Assembly: GCA_963847185.1 (NCBI GenBank)
Contig: CAWJYV010000008.1
Span: forward strand, 96,001-160,000
Direction: 5' to 3'
Origin: an uncultured Methanosarcinaceae archaeon
GTDB lineage: Archaea > Halobacteriota > Methanosarcinia > Methanosarcinales > Methanosarcinaceae
Length of the DNA: 64,000 nt
The notes beneath the pieces were generated by a model. The model did no database searches. It was not told the origin of the DNA and saw nothing but the letters and a program-made list of their open reading frames with translations. The position numbers and the translations under genes are program-made. Below, piece by piece: positions 51,297 through 61,419 of this stretch (positions are counted from its first letter, which is position 1; each line of letters begins with the position of its first letter).

Positions 51297-52016
51297 ATGA
51301 GAAGGCAACTTTTTTATGTTCCTTTTAGCCTGACATTCTTCCTGCTCTTAATTATTATTATAATTTTCGGACTTGCTTTTCTTTTTTTTGGAGTTATAAT
51401 TTCCGCTTTTATGAAAATTGGATTCTCTCTTGGAGACGCACTTCTCATCCTTTTGTTATCCCTTGTTGGAAGCAGCATCAATATTCCTCTAACAACCCTC
51501 AGATCCGATACTCCTGTGGTTCAGGATAATTATGTCCGCGCTTTTGGCGTTTCTTACAGAGTTCCAATCCGGAAAATCACGAGAAATGGCACAGTACTTG
51601 CCATCAATGTTGGAGGAGCAATAATTCCTGTCCTTATTTCCGCATATCTCCTTACAAGATTCCCTTCGTCTCTTGTTATTGCAGGGACTGGAGTCTTAAT
51701 AGTCGCAGTTATTACATATTCCGTAGCAAGACCAATTAGAGGGATTGGTATAGCAACTCCAGCTCTGATTCCTCCGCTGGCCGCTGCCGTTGTTGCAATA
51801 GTACTGAGCTGGGCCTTTCCGATTCCTGGCTGTCCGGTTGAGCAGTGCCGTGTTGTCACAGCTTACACGGCAGGAGTGCTCGGAACCCTTCTCGGAGCCG
51901 ATATTCTCAATTTGGGAAAAATTAAGAACCTGGGAGCTCCAGTCGCAAGCATAGGGGGAGCAGGAACTTTTGATGGAATATTTTTAAGCGGGTTTATTGC
52001 TCTGCTCCTGATCTAA
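51297..52016 (+). CDS. DUF1614 membrane protein
   Basis: GS.INIP, INVGGAIIP and SIGGAGTFDGIFL motifs. Confidence 0.88.
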   Translation: MRRQLFYVPFSLTFFLLLIIIIIFGLAFLFFGVIISAFMKIGFSLGDALLILLLSLVGSSINIPLTTLRSDTPVVQDNYVRAFGVSYRVPIRKITRNGTVLAINVGGAIIPVLISAYLLTRFPSSLVIAGTGVLIVAVITYSVARPIRGIGIATPALIPPLAAAVVAIVLSWAFPIPGCPVEQCRVVTAYTAGVLGTLLGADILNLGKIKNLGAPVASIGGAGTFDGIFLSGFIALLLI

Positions 52017-52157
52017 CAAAAATCATTATCTACAAAAAGAGGAAAAAGAAAAGAGTTAAGTTAGTTAAATCAAAATCCATGGGGTTATATCTCAATTCTA
52101 AAAGGAAAGAATAATTTCCAATAAGAGTTAAAAAGTTAGGGGTTAAAGGGGAACCGC

Positions 52158-53210
52158 TTAACCCCTTACCTTGAAACGGAGTAGAGCTGCGATTCCCCCC
52201 AGTTTGTGAAGCTTTTCCCCTGGTTCAAAAGTTGTGCTGAAAACAACAACATTTCCCTGGGCCTGTTCAACTTCCATGAGGAGTTTGTCAATATCTTCCC
52301 CTTTTTCTCGTCCTTCCCTCAAGGTTTCGTCAGCAATCAGCAGAGTTTCGACAGCTCCGTATCCAAGGGCGTTTTTTACATCTGCAAAACCATATGCTGC
52401 TTTACCGTCCATTGATATTTCCCGGATAAGGTCTTCCATCAGGGCTGATTCTCGGGCTATTCTGGATTCCTGCATAATCCTGTCAACAGCTCCCCTGCGG
52501 AGAACTTCCTGAAAACCGGACATTCCAATCATGGAAGTGTCTTCCGTAAGGGCCCTTGAAGCCATATCAGGCTCAGTTTGCTGGAAATACTTCAGAAAAT
52601 CTTCTTTGGTAAACCCGGGTCCTGCAATAACTATAGATGCCTCCTCGGGAACAGCATGTCTTAGCTGTTCAACAATCTCGCTGAAAAATTCATTCCTCAG
52701 GCTTGTTTCCCTTTTTCCCGATGACTGCCTGATATGGGAATAAATTTCAATTCCGTAATGGTGCACAAAACCAATATCAGCATCTCCTTCCTCTACTGCC
52801 ACCATAACAACTTTAGGGCGTTTGGAAGCCTCTTCAGCGTCCTGAATTCTCTGCAGCTGGTCATTTTTCCAGTGTTCTTTGATGATAGAAAGATTTGTCC
52901 CTATCTCAACGTTAAGAGTATGATAGGAGCCGGCATCCATCCCATGCTCAATAGGCCCATGAATTCGCAGCCTGTTTGCAAATTTATGAAACTCCATTTC
53001 TTCAACCCTGATTCCAAGCCTCACTTTCACTTTCTCGACTTTTTCAGGGCGGATTTTGTCACTTGAAGTATCAGCTTTTCTTTTTGTAAGAGCAAAAACC
53101 ATATCTCCTTTTTCAATTATGTATTTCAGGTGCCAGAGGTCATCAAGGGTCTCAACAGCTACTGCAATTTCCCCTTCTCTCCCTTTAAGAGAACGATTTG
53201 TAACTCTCAT
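52158..53210 (-). CDS. pelA: mRNA surveillance protein Pelota
   Basis: DDLWHL, RLRIHG, YHTL, AGPGFTK and LGGIAALLRF motifs. Confidence 0.95.
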   Translation of the reverse strand: MRVTNRSLKGREGEIAVAVETLDDLWHLKYIIEKGDMVFALTKRKADTSSDKIRPEKVEKVKVRLGIRVEEMEFHKFANRLRIHGPIEHGMDAGSYHTLNVEIGTNLSIIKEHWKNDQLQRIQDAEEASKRPKVVMVAVEEGDADIGFVHHYGIEIYSHIRQSSGKRETSLRNEFFSEIVEQLRHAVPEEASIVIAGPGFTKEDFLKYFQQTEPDMASRALTEDTSMIGMSGFQEVLRRGAVDRIMQESRIARESALMEDLIREISMDGKAAYGFADVKNALGYGAVETLLIADETLREGREKGEDIDKLLMEVEQAQGNVVVFSTTFEPGEKLHKLGGIAALLRFKVRG

Positions 53211-55611
53211 ACCTTTTTCACTCCACTTATTTCAATCTCCTTTTCACTCTCTCTGGCATTCTTTTCCTTCTTCTGTTGAATACTGCTCTTCTATTTCTTC
53301 TCCAAATTCCTTTTCAGCTTCTTCCCAGCCCCCTTCAAGTTTGTCTTCTATTCCTCCTACTCCTTCTTCTACTTCCTCTTCTACACCGAAGTTTCATATT
53401 CACTGCCTTCAGGCTCGATTCTCTGGCCTTTTCTTTCAGGCTTCTGGCTCTTTAAATCCGATTCTCCAGGGGGGACCATCATGGCAATCAGGTCAGGAGA
53501 AGCTATTTGTTTTACGAAACGAGGATCTCCGAGTTCATCAGAGTAAATTCTGTATATTTTCTTTGAAATGTCGTTCTGGTTGAAAGCGCCAGGCCCTAAT
53601 TCCAGGATGTAATCCCCGTGTTTCCGGACAGCAGAAGCAGGCCCGCCTATTACCCTGGTCTCACCTTTAAGTTCAAGCCCGACTGCAATTCCAAGAGGCA
53701 CATCCTTGAAGTAATTGCGATCTCCTCTTATGATGAAGGCTCCTTTCTTTACGTATTCTCCAGACTCGGGAGTCTTTGTCACCTGCTCGGCCTTAACCCA
53801 GTAGCAGTCTCCACTGAAATGTCCGGCTTTCCAGAGGCTGGAATAAGATACTGCAAACTGCGCAACTTCCTGGAGAGTAGATTCGGGAACCTCTTCTCCT
53901 CCGGTCTTGACAACAGTCAGGGGAGCTCCTGGAGTCTGGGTATGGAAGACAATATCTCTTTTTTCCATATATTTTTTGAAAACTTCCTCATTAGTATCGG
54001 CATCTCTGCCTCCTACAACAAGGAAACCATCTGAAGATACAAACCACCTGAACCTGTCATACCAGTGCTTTTTCCTGGAAGCCTGCAGTTTTCTTCCTGC
54101 TTTTGCAGCCTTTGCTGCAGCCTTTTTCTCCACAGCTTTTTTTGTATCCTCGATAGCCCTGATAGCTCCATCTTTCTTCTTGGTGAACTTCTTAACTTTC
54201 TCGTAATATTCCTGAGCGTTCTGAGGCACTGTCTTCCGGATATCGAGATTAGCGCTCTTTCCATCCAGATCCACAGTTACGGTCCCTGTTTTCTGGTCAA
54301 TGTTTGTGATCTTTTGAGCTGCAGGTGCGGTTTTTTTGGCCTGTTTCAGGATAGATCGGATCTCGTCCCAGGAATACCCTTTCGCTCTTGCGCCGTTGAG
54401 TACGGAAAAAAGCTCTTCTATAAGCTGGTAATTGGCATAAATTATTTCTGCAAGGGTATTATTTTTCTCAATTTCCTTCTCGAATTTTTTAAGGCTCTCT
54501 TCCTGCTGAAGAAGCCTTCTTTCGAAAACGCCAAGGGTTTTTTCCTTTTTTTCAGCCGCTTTTACCTCTGCAACCTGTTCCAGAGCCTTTTTTCCGAAAA
54601 ACTCGTCAAGTGCCGTATTAAAGGAGTCAAAATACTCTTTTTCGTATTCTGAATAACGAATAAGATCAAAAGGCAGTACATCGAAAGTTTCCAGCTTTCC
54701 GTTAATTTCTTTTTTGACGTGCTGGGGCTTTAATTTCGGAGCTTCAGCTTCAGCCCCAGTTTCTGGTTTTAATTTCAATTCAGCTTCAATTCCAGCTTCC
54801 AGTTTCAGTTTCAGTTTCAATCTCAGTCTGCGGTTTAATTCCGGATTTTGATTCTATTTCACCCTCTATCTTTTCTTCAGCCTCGACGGTAGTTCTTCCG
54901 GCTAAATAGAGGGAAAAATAGATCCTGCATTGCACTGCAGAGCTTTGAGGCATCTTCCTCAGATACTTCCTTTGCGGGCTTTGATTTCTCGATTCCTGCC
55001 CTGGCACAGACTTCTTCTGCCAGAACTCCTCCAAGATTGAACCTTGTGGCAATTGTCCGGACAACATCAGCCGTAGATTTCGACAAAGCCTCCATAAGAT
55101 CCGAAACTTTAGCACTTATCGGACTCAACTGCGCTTCAGGCAGTTCGTAAATTTCCCCGCTCCTGAGCCGGCGGTCCTTCAGAGTCACAGGATTCATAGG
55201 CAGAATGATTTTGTTTTCAGTATCAACGATAAGCACGTTCCCCCGAGCAAAAAGCTCAACAATAAGAGTGTTTCTGACCCCTGCTCTCTCAATCCCTATT
55301 TTTACAACCCTGTCAAAATCGTGCTGCTCAAAAGAAACAATCCTGCCTCCCGTCAGGTATTTTCTAAGCAGCATTGGAAAAGCCTGAGGAAGTTCAGGAC
55401 TTGCCCTGAAGTGTTTACTTAAATGGATGCGCTTCCCGGCTTCAATAACCAGGTTGTCCCTTCCCTGGTGAAAAACGTAAAGATTGATGCGGATCTCCTC
55501 ACTTGTAGTCTGGTAAATCTTCCCTACCTTCGCATCAATAATGGACTTCGGCCCAGCTGACAGCTCGGCAACAACTGCAGCAACGTCGGCACTTGACATA
55601 TCCTGTTTCAT
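53207..55611 (-). pseudogene. rqcH: Ribosome quality-control factor RqcH (NFACT), split by frameshifts as sequenced
   Basis: N-half 55611-54877 (MKQDMSSAD, FDR, ELF..GN); C-half from about 54800 (NAQ.YY, W..RFRWF.SSDG, GGRDA..NE, PESGEY..KGAF); about four indels in Glu-rich linkers; restored tail ends in an ATGA overlap with pelota. Confidence 0.8.
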
Positions 55612-55680
55612 AAAGTGGATATAAGAGAGGCTTTTCGTATAAGTGTTACTGTTGAATTTTTTTAGAGTAAGGTCATACCT

Positions 55681-55810
55681 CCATAGCTGAGCCACCCGAA
55701 TTGCGATTCGGGATCGCAGGAAATCCAAGATTTCCTGGGAGTTGCACTGTAAGTGCAACAGTCCGCTGTCCTTTTCACTCGCTGCGCTCGCTCAAGCAGA
55801 CTAATTTATG
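55681..55810 (-). repeat. Third copy of the structured intergenic repeat
   Basis: Reverse complement reads CATAAATTAGTCTGCTTGAGCG...GTGAAAAGGAC...GTTGCACTTACAGTGCAAC..CAGGAAATC/GATTTCCTG..CCCGAAT-CGCA-ATTCGGG. Confidence 0.8.
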
Positions 55811-55949
55811 GCGGCAATTATTGAGGAAACTTTGAACACGATTAAGGAGAAAAGAAAAAAGATCGAACCGAAGCATCTGGAAACTCCATCTTTAATCTGT
55901 TTTACCTCCGCATTTTCGTTGCGGCTTTTTCGCAGGGATAGAAAAAAGT

Positions 55950-56552
55950 TTAGAGTTCCCTCAAGAGGCGAAAGCCTAAGCAGTCATTGCAGTTTTTGGG
56001 GCCGACTCTGTCGCGAGACGCTGAACGGCAATCTCTAGCACTGCGGATCCAGCTACCGCCCCGATATACTGGATACGAGTCGCCTCCGTCTTCCCAGACA
56101 CTATCATCTGAAGGAGAACCATTGTAGTTCTCATGCCATTCGTCCTGAACCCATTCCCAGACATTCCCATACATATCATAAAGACCCCAGGAGTTGGGTT
56201 TCTTCTGGCCAACTGAATGAGTTTCAGAACCTGAATTTTCATCATACCATGCGTAATTATTAAGCTTTGAGTCATCTTCACCAAAGGAATACCTGTGTTT
56301 GTGTACCAGCTCTACAGGCATATTCCCATTCAGCTTCTGACGGTAAACGATATTTATCGGTGCCTTCCTTTTCATTCAGTTTTTTAACAAATTCTTGAAT
56401 CATCATTCCCACGAAACACATTCTACAGGCCGATCTTCACCCTTGAAATTAGATGGATTATTTCCCATAATCGTTTCCCACTGTTTTTGAGTACCGGATA
56501 TTTACCCATGTAAAAAGAGTTTTGAATTGTTACTTTATGAGCTGGGAGTTCG
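55950..56552 (-). pseudogene. FGE-sulfatase (CLec-fold) C-terminal domain of the caspase gene, frameshifted
   Basis: Fragments [64 protein letters not shown] and GFRL lie in alternating frames. Confidence 0.8.
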
Positions 56553-57689
56553 TTAGATATAACTATCCTTCTCTTCCAGAGGTGAGCCCATCATGAATTT
56601 TCCGGCTGGGATAAGTATGAATTCAATACCTGTAGAAGGATAGGTGAAAGTTTTGGAGGTTTTTTCATCTTTGAAGATTTTTGAAACATCTAGGTTTCTA
56701 AACCTTGCCAGAATATGTGAATCTTCAATTTCTTCATTTTCCAGGTAGCATTGAACTGTGTGAATATATGTTTTAACACTAATTTTGCCTTCCAGAAGAT
56801 CCTCCAGAGAAGTTCTTATTTCCTCGTCGGTTTCAGTTAGTTCCTCTGATTTTTCATAGGCATCAACAAGGACAATCATAGAGATATCGTAAATAGAGGC
56901 TGGAAGTTCCTTTCGGATATTTTTAACCAATTTGTTTTTCTTTCTTATGAACTCTTTTTCTTTAACTTTTAAGGGGTTCTTTGCAATGAGAAGTTTTCCT
57001 TCGATCTGAGTTTTCATAACTGGAGATTGAGAACTCCTTTTTATTGTTCTGCTGCGGGCATATTCGTACAAATCATTTACGTATATGAGGCCATCTTCGT
57101 CTTCATCTGCACTGCCATCTTCCAGACCTTCCAGCAAGTATTTAGTAAAAACGCCGTGTTTGAGTTCTGTATCCTCTTTGGCTTTCGGTGACCCAATCAG
57201 ACCCGTAGACGTTAGAATAACCGTACCTGAGCCAGAGGAGTAATTAGAAAGTGTTTCTTCTAAATCGTCTCCTTTTATTCCGGCAGCACCACTATAGCAG
57301 CAATCGAGCACAATAATTACTGACTTAAGTGACGGATATGTCATGCATCTGTTGATGTAGTCAAAGTTAAGTGAAGTTGCAAGAGGATAATCTTCTTTAG
57401 TATCCCTGAATAGCAGGCGAAGTCCGTTATCTAAATGCTTTTTACCGTGACCGGAAAAATAGATCAAAATAAGATCGTCACGATTTGCATTTTTCAGCAA
57501 TTTTTCTATTTTGATTCTTGCATCTAAAAAGGTTTCATCTATTGATTCTTCAACCTCATCAAACCCGCAAATATCTTTATTCAGGAGGACCTCTTTCATT
57601 GCGAGAGCATCAGCTACAGCAAATTTCAGTTCTTTATCCGAGCTCGGATAATTATTTCCAATAACAAGCCCTACTTTTTTGCCAGTCAT
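56553..57689 (-). CDS. Caspase-like (peptidase C14) protein, N-terminal part of a caspase-FGE fusion
   Basis: GLVIGNNY, LKFAVADA, YFSGHG (His), LDCCYSG (Cys), HGVFT; ends in the FGE-domain start IEFILIPAGKFMMGS. Confidence 0.88.
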   Translation of the reverse strand: MTGKKVGLVIGNNYPSSDKELKFAVADALAMKEVLLNKDICGFDEVEESIDETFLDARIKIEKLLKNANRDDLILIYFSGHGKKHLDNGLRLLFRDTKEDYPLATSLNFDYINRCMTYPSLKSVIIVLDCCYSGAAGIKGDDLEETLSNYSSGSGTVILTSTGLIGSPKAKEDTELKHGVFTKYLLEGLEDGSADEDEDGLIYVNDLYEYARSRTIKRSSQSPVMKTQIEGKLLIAKNPLKVKEKEFIRKKNKLVKNIRKELPASIYDISMIVLVDAYEKSEELTETDEEIRTSLEDLLEGKISVKTYIHTVQCYLENEEIEDSHILARFRNLDVSKIFKDEKTSKTFTYPSTGIEFILIPAGKFMMGSPLEEKDSYI

Positions 57690-57729
57690 GAAGCTAACAC
57701 ACGAATCTGTTATCGAATATATCGAATAT

Positions 57730-58155
57730 TCACTCTTCTGAACTCATGAAACAATTAAGACCTTGACAGACTGATAGTTGCGGGTTTTCTTCAAAAAACT
57801 TAGATAACTTTTCAAGTGGCAGTTTTGAAATTTTAATCACGACTCCGTCAGGGCATTTCAGCTCGATTTCAGCAGTTGGCCTGTACTCAAGCCACGTTTT
57901 CATTGCTTCAAGAATTATGGCGAAAATTTTTCCTGTTATACCGTAAGCTGCAAGCGTACTGAAAAGATGTATTAAATCGACCTTTTCTCCTTCAAGACCC
58001 TTAAGCTCTAAAGGTTCTATCCAGCCATCAGGCATACTCTTGCAAATTGAGCAATATAACTGACAGCACTGCTCTTGCCAGTACTCAGAAGAATCTTCAA
58101 CGCCTTCGGATTTCAGTATGATAGAGAAATTAGACGTATCAAGAACTTGCTGCAC
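57730..58155 (-). CDS. EACC1-like (effector-associated constant component) small protein
   Basis: G..GEK turn, hydrophobic hairpin, then I.EA.KTWL..RP...IEL..PDG..I.I pattern; directly upstream of the caspase gene. Confidence 0.6.
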   Translation of the reverse strand: MQQVLDTSNFSIILKSEGVEDSSEYWQEQCCQLYCSICKSMPDGWIEPLELKGLEGEKVDLIHLFSTLAAYGITGKIFAIILEAMKTWLEYRPTAEIELKCPDGVVIKISKLPLEKLSKFFEENPQLSVCQGLNCFMSSEE

Positions 58156-58512
58156 TTTGTCACCAGCTAATATACAATTAAAAACTTAAATTTTATTTAG
58201 GAGAATATATCATTTACGATTAATACTCGCTTCAGGACTATTTTTTAGAAAATAAATATAAATTTCCTCTACATTAGACTCACAATAATTTTTCAAAAAA
58301 TGCGGTAGGAATTAAATCAATAATGTCTCTTCTTATCAAAAAGGTCTTATCCTAAAAAACTTTCGAATAAAGCTTACACTAATAGATGACCAATAGATAA
58401 CCAAAAGTAAAATATGAGATGATTTATTTTAGGAAAAACCCAAACTAAATCCTAATTAAATCCATACACTAAATCTCTCGTAAGATCCAATAATCCAAAA
58501 AGCCCTGAAACC

Positions 58513-59757
58513 ATGGACAGTCGAACCGCCCGTTTTTTGAAATCTCGCTTTCAGAATTATTACAAAAATGCCGAAATAGGTCTGCCTGACCACCTGCATA
58601 ACAGGGAATGGGCTTTTATCTTCTATGATGATATGCCTGAAAAAATGATGCACAGGCACAAGTCCTTCGGCTCGCCAGGAGAAACTCTTGATTATCTTTA
58701 TGGGATGGCTCCGGCGCACGTTTACAATTCGGTTGCTTATTATGAATATCCTGACGCAAAGAAAATGAATGAAAAAAACTGGCTTGGGGCAGAACTGATT
58801 TTTGACCTTGATGCAGACCACCTGCCAAATGCTCCGAGAAACTATGCAGATATGCTGGAGCTTGTAAAGAAGGAAACTTTCAAGCTCATGGATTTTCTAC
58901 TAGACGATTTCGGGTTTTCGGAGCAGGAAGTTGAGCTGGTCTTTTCCGGGGGAAGAGGATATCATTTCCACATCAGAAGTCCGAAGGTACTGGCTCTTGG
59001 AAGTGCTGAGAGACGGGAAATCGTAAATTATGTCAGCGGAAAAGATATTGATTTCAAACATTTTTTCAGGGAAGTCGCAATGGATGGAGATTTTGGAGCA
59101 GGGTCAAGGACTTTCAAAGGAATAAAAAATGTGCCTGTAAAGTGCACGCTTGTTGGTTATGATTCAGGATGGGGGAAGAGAATTGCGTTTTATCTTACGG
59201 ATTACATGAAGACAGAATGTGAAAAAAAATACAAGAAGGATATGTTCCCTGAGCTCCGCAGGCATGAGAAAATTGGAAGTACTACAATAAAAAAACTGAT
59301 AAATATTACCAATAGCGAAAATGGCCTAAAGGATATACTGGAGAAAGGAAGGCTGGACTTTGATGTCAGAAACTTTAAGGATATTGCTGCCTATTTTATG
59401 CATGAATCAGTAGAGAATTTTCTGCACAGATTCGGGGCCAGTGTCGATGAACCTGTGACTGCGGATATCAAACGTCTTATCCGGGTTCCGGGGTCTTTGC
59501 ATGGCGGGTCCGGGATGCTTGTAAAGAAACTTGCTTTCTCCGAGCTGGAGAAGTTTGATCCACTTAACGATGCTATTGTCTTTGGTGAAAGGTTGGTAAA
59601 GATATCCGTCTCAAAGCCTTTCTCGGTACAGATGAAGGGTAAGGATTTAAAAATTGAAGAGGGCATACAGGAAGTTCCGGAGTATGCGGCAGTATATCTG
59701 ATTTGTAGAGGTGTTGCAGAATATGGATATAGAAGAAATCAGCCAGACCCTGTATAA
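58513..59757 (+). CDS. priS: DNA primase small subunit
   Basis: REWAF, ELIFDLDADH, FSGGRGYH and DE.VT.DIKRLIR.PGSLH motifs. Confidence 0.95.
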   Translation: MDSRTARFLKSRFQNYYKNAEIGLPDHLHNREWAFIFYDDMPEKMMHRHKSFGSPGETLDYLYGMAPAHVYNSVAYYEYPDAKKMNEKNWLGAELIFDLDADHLPNAPRNYADMLELVKKETFKLMDFLLDDFGFSEQEVELVFSGGRGYHFHIRSPKVLALGSAERREIVNYVSGKDIDFKHFFREVAMDGDFGAGSRTFKGIKNVPVKCTLVGYDSGWGKRIAFYLTDYMKTECEKKYKKDMFPELRRHEKIGSTTIKKLINITNSENGLKDILEKGRLDFDVRNFKDIAAYFMHESVENFLHRFGASVDEPVTADIKRLIRVPGSLHGGSGMLVKKLAFSELEKFDPLNDAIVFGERLVKISVSKPFSVQMKGKDLKIEEGIQEVPEYAAVYLICRGVAEYGYRRNQPDPV

Positions 59758-60445
59758 GGAAAAAGGGCAGGCATTAAAGACGATTCCGGCTGATTTTTAC
59801 CTGGAAGCTGAAAAATACATCCGGGAGCTTGAAGAAGATATCAAGAAAGTACATAATTCTCGGTCTCCGGAGTCCAGGATGCTCAACGACGAGCATGAAA
59901 GGGCGCTTTCAGACCTTGAGACTATCTTTATGAAGCGGATGGGAAAGGTTATTACCAGGGCAACTATTCAGTCTCATGCAGACAAACCTATATCAAAAGA
60001 TATCGAAAAACTGCTTCCTGCAGAAAAAAGGCTTTATGACCTTGTGCTGCAGGGAATCGAAGCCGCAAAAATAGAACTTCTGGGCCAGATTCTGTTCCCT
60101 GATTCCGGAAAAGTTGCAGTCTGGCCTGAACTGGGGGGAAGAAAGCAGTTTTCTGCCTTTACTCAGGTCCAGGGGGAAGTTCAGATCGGAAAGGGGATTG
60201 TTGTGACTGCAATCGGAAATGAAACTGGGGGAGAACAAGACAAAAATATTATAAATGAAGGGTATGTTGTTGTCCGAATCTTGAAGGACCTGCCGACTTT
60301 CACAGGAGCAGACGGCCGTAATTATACGGTGCGTGCCGAAGATGTTGCTGTTTTGCCGCAACTCAACGCAGCAGGTCTGATCAAAAGAAATGCAGCTATG
60401 CTAATTGCAGGATCGGAAAACTCCGAGAAAAAATTAACTCCCTGA
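59723..60445 (+). CDS. GINS family (Gins51-like) replication protein
   Basis: DFY, KRMGK, C-terminal VVRILKDLPTFTGADGRNY...EDVAVLP..NA B-domain; overlaps priS. Confidence 0.8.
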   Translation: MDIEEISQTLYKEKGQALKTIPADFYLEAEKYIRELEEDIKKVHNSRSPESRMLNDEHERALSDLETIFMKRMGKVITRATIQSHADKPISKDIEKLLPAEKRLYDLVLQGIEAAKIELLGQILFPDSGKVAVWPELGGRKQFSAFTQVQGEVQIGKGIVVTAIGNETGGEQDKNIINEGYVVVRILKDLPTFTGADGRNYTVRAEDVAVLPQLNAAGLIKRNAAMLIAGSENSEKKLTP

Positions 60446-60874
60446 GCTTTGCAGCATTTTCTGGCGTAGATAAAATAAATCAGAAAGTTTGGTCATGTGA
60501 ACGCTGAATTCAGGCATGCTAAGGCATGATTCATAAAGTCTATGTCTATCAGGTATAATGTGACATCAGGCAATAGTATGGTTTCAGTCAATAGTATGAG
60601 TTATATATGTGTAGCTATATCTGTGTAGCAATCTTGTTAGCATGCTCTAACCTTGTCTTCGATACAGGACTATTTATAGATGATATCGAATGAAGATAGG
60701 TTTGAAAACTTCAAGTTCATCTAATCAAAGGCTTCCCAAATAATGCTTCCCAGAAAATGAAACGCCGTACGCAAACGCCATGCGTACATTCAAAACTATA
60801 TTACAAAATGCTCTTCCCGCAAAAGCCGGAGAAGGCAAACTACAATACCAATAATCATCAAAAAGGTGTAATGA

Positions 60875-61348
<474 letters not shown>

Positions 61349-61419
61349 CCTGATCGGTAAAGGCACTTTACAGGAGTGAGCATCTATTAATAAAAGACAA
61401 AAATTGAGAAGTGGTACGA

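Noticed and set aside
55612-55758. N-terminal extension of the rqcH ORF
   Set aside because: It reads through the structured repeat; the family-like sequence begins at MKQDMSS (55611)
56250-56375. Independent gene start for ORF 55950-56375
   Set aside because: Its N-terminus is an out-of-frame reading of the [11 protein letters not shown] segment; it belongs to the frameshifted fusion
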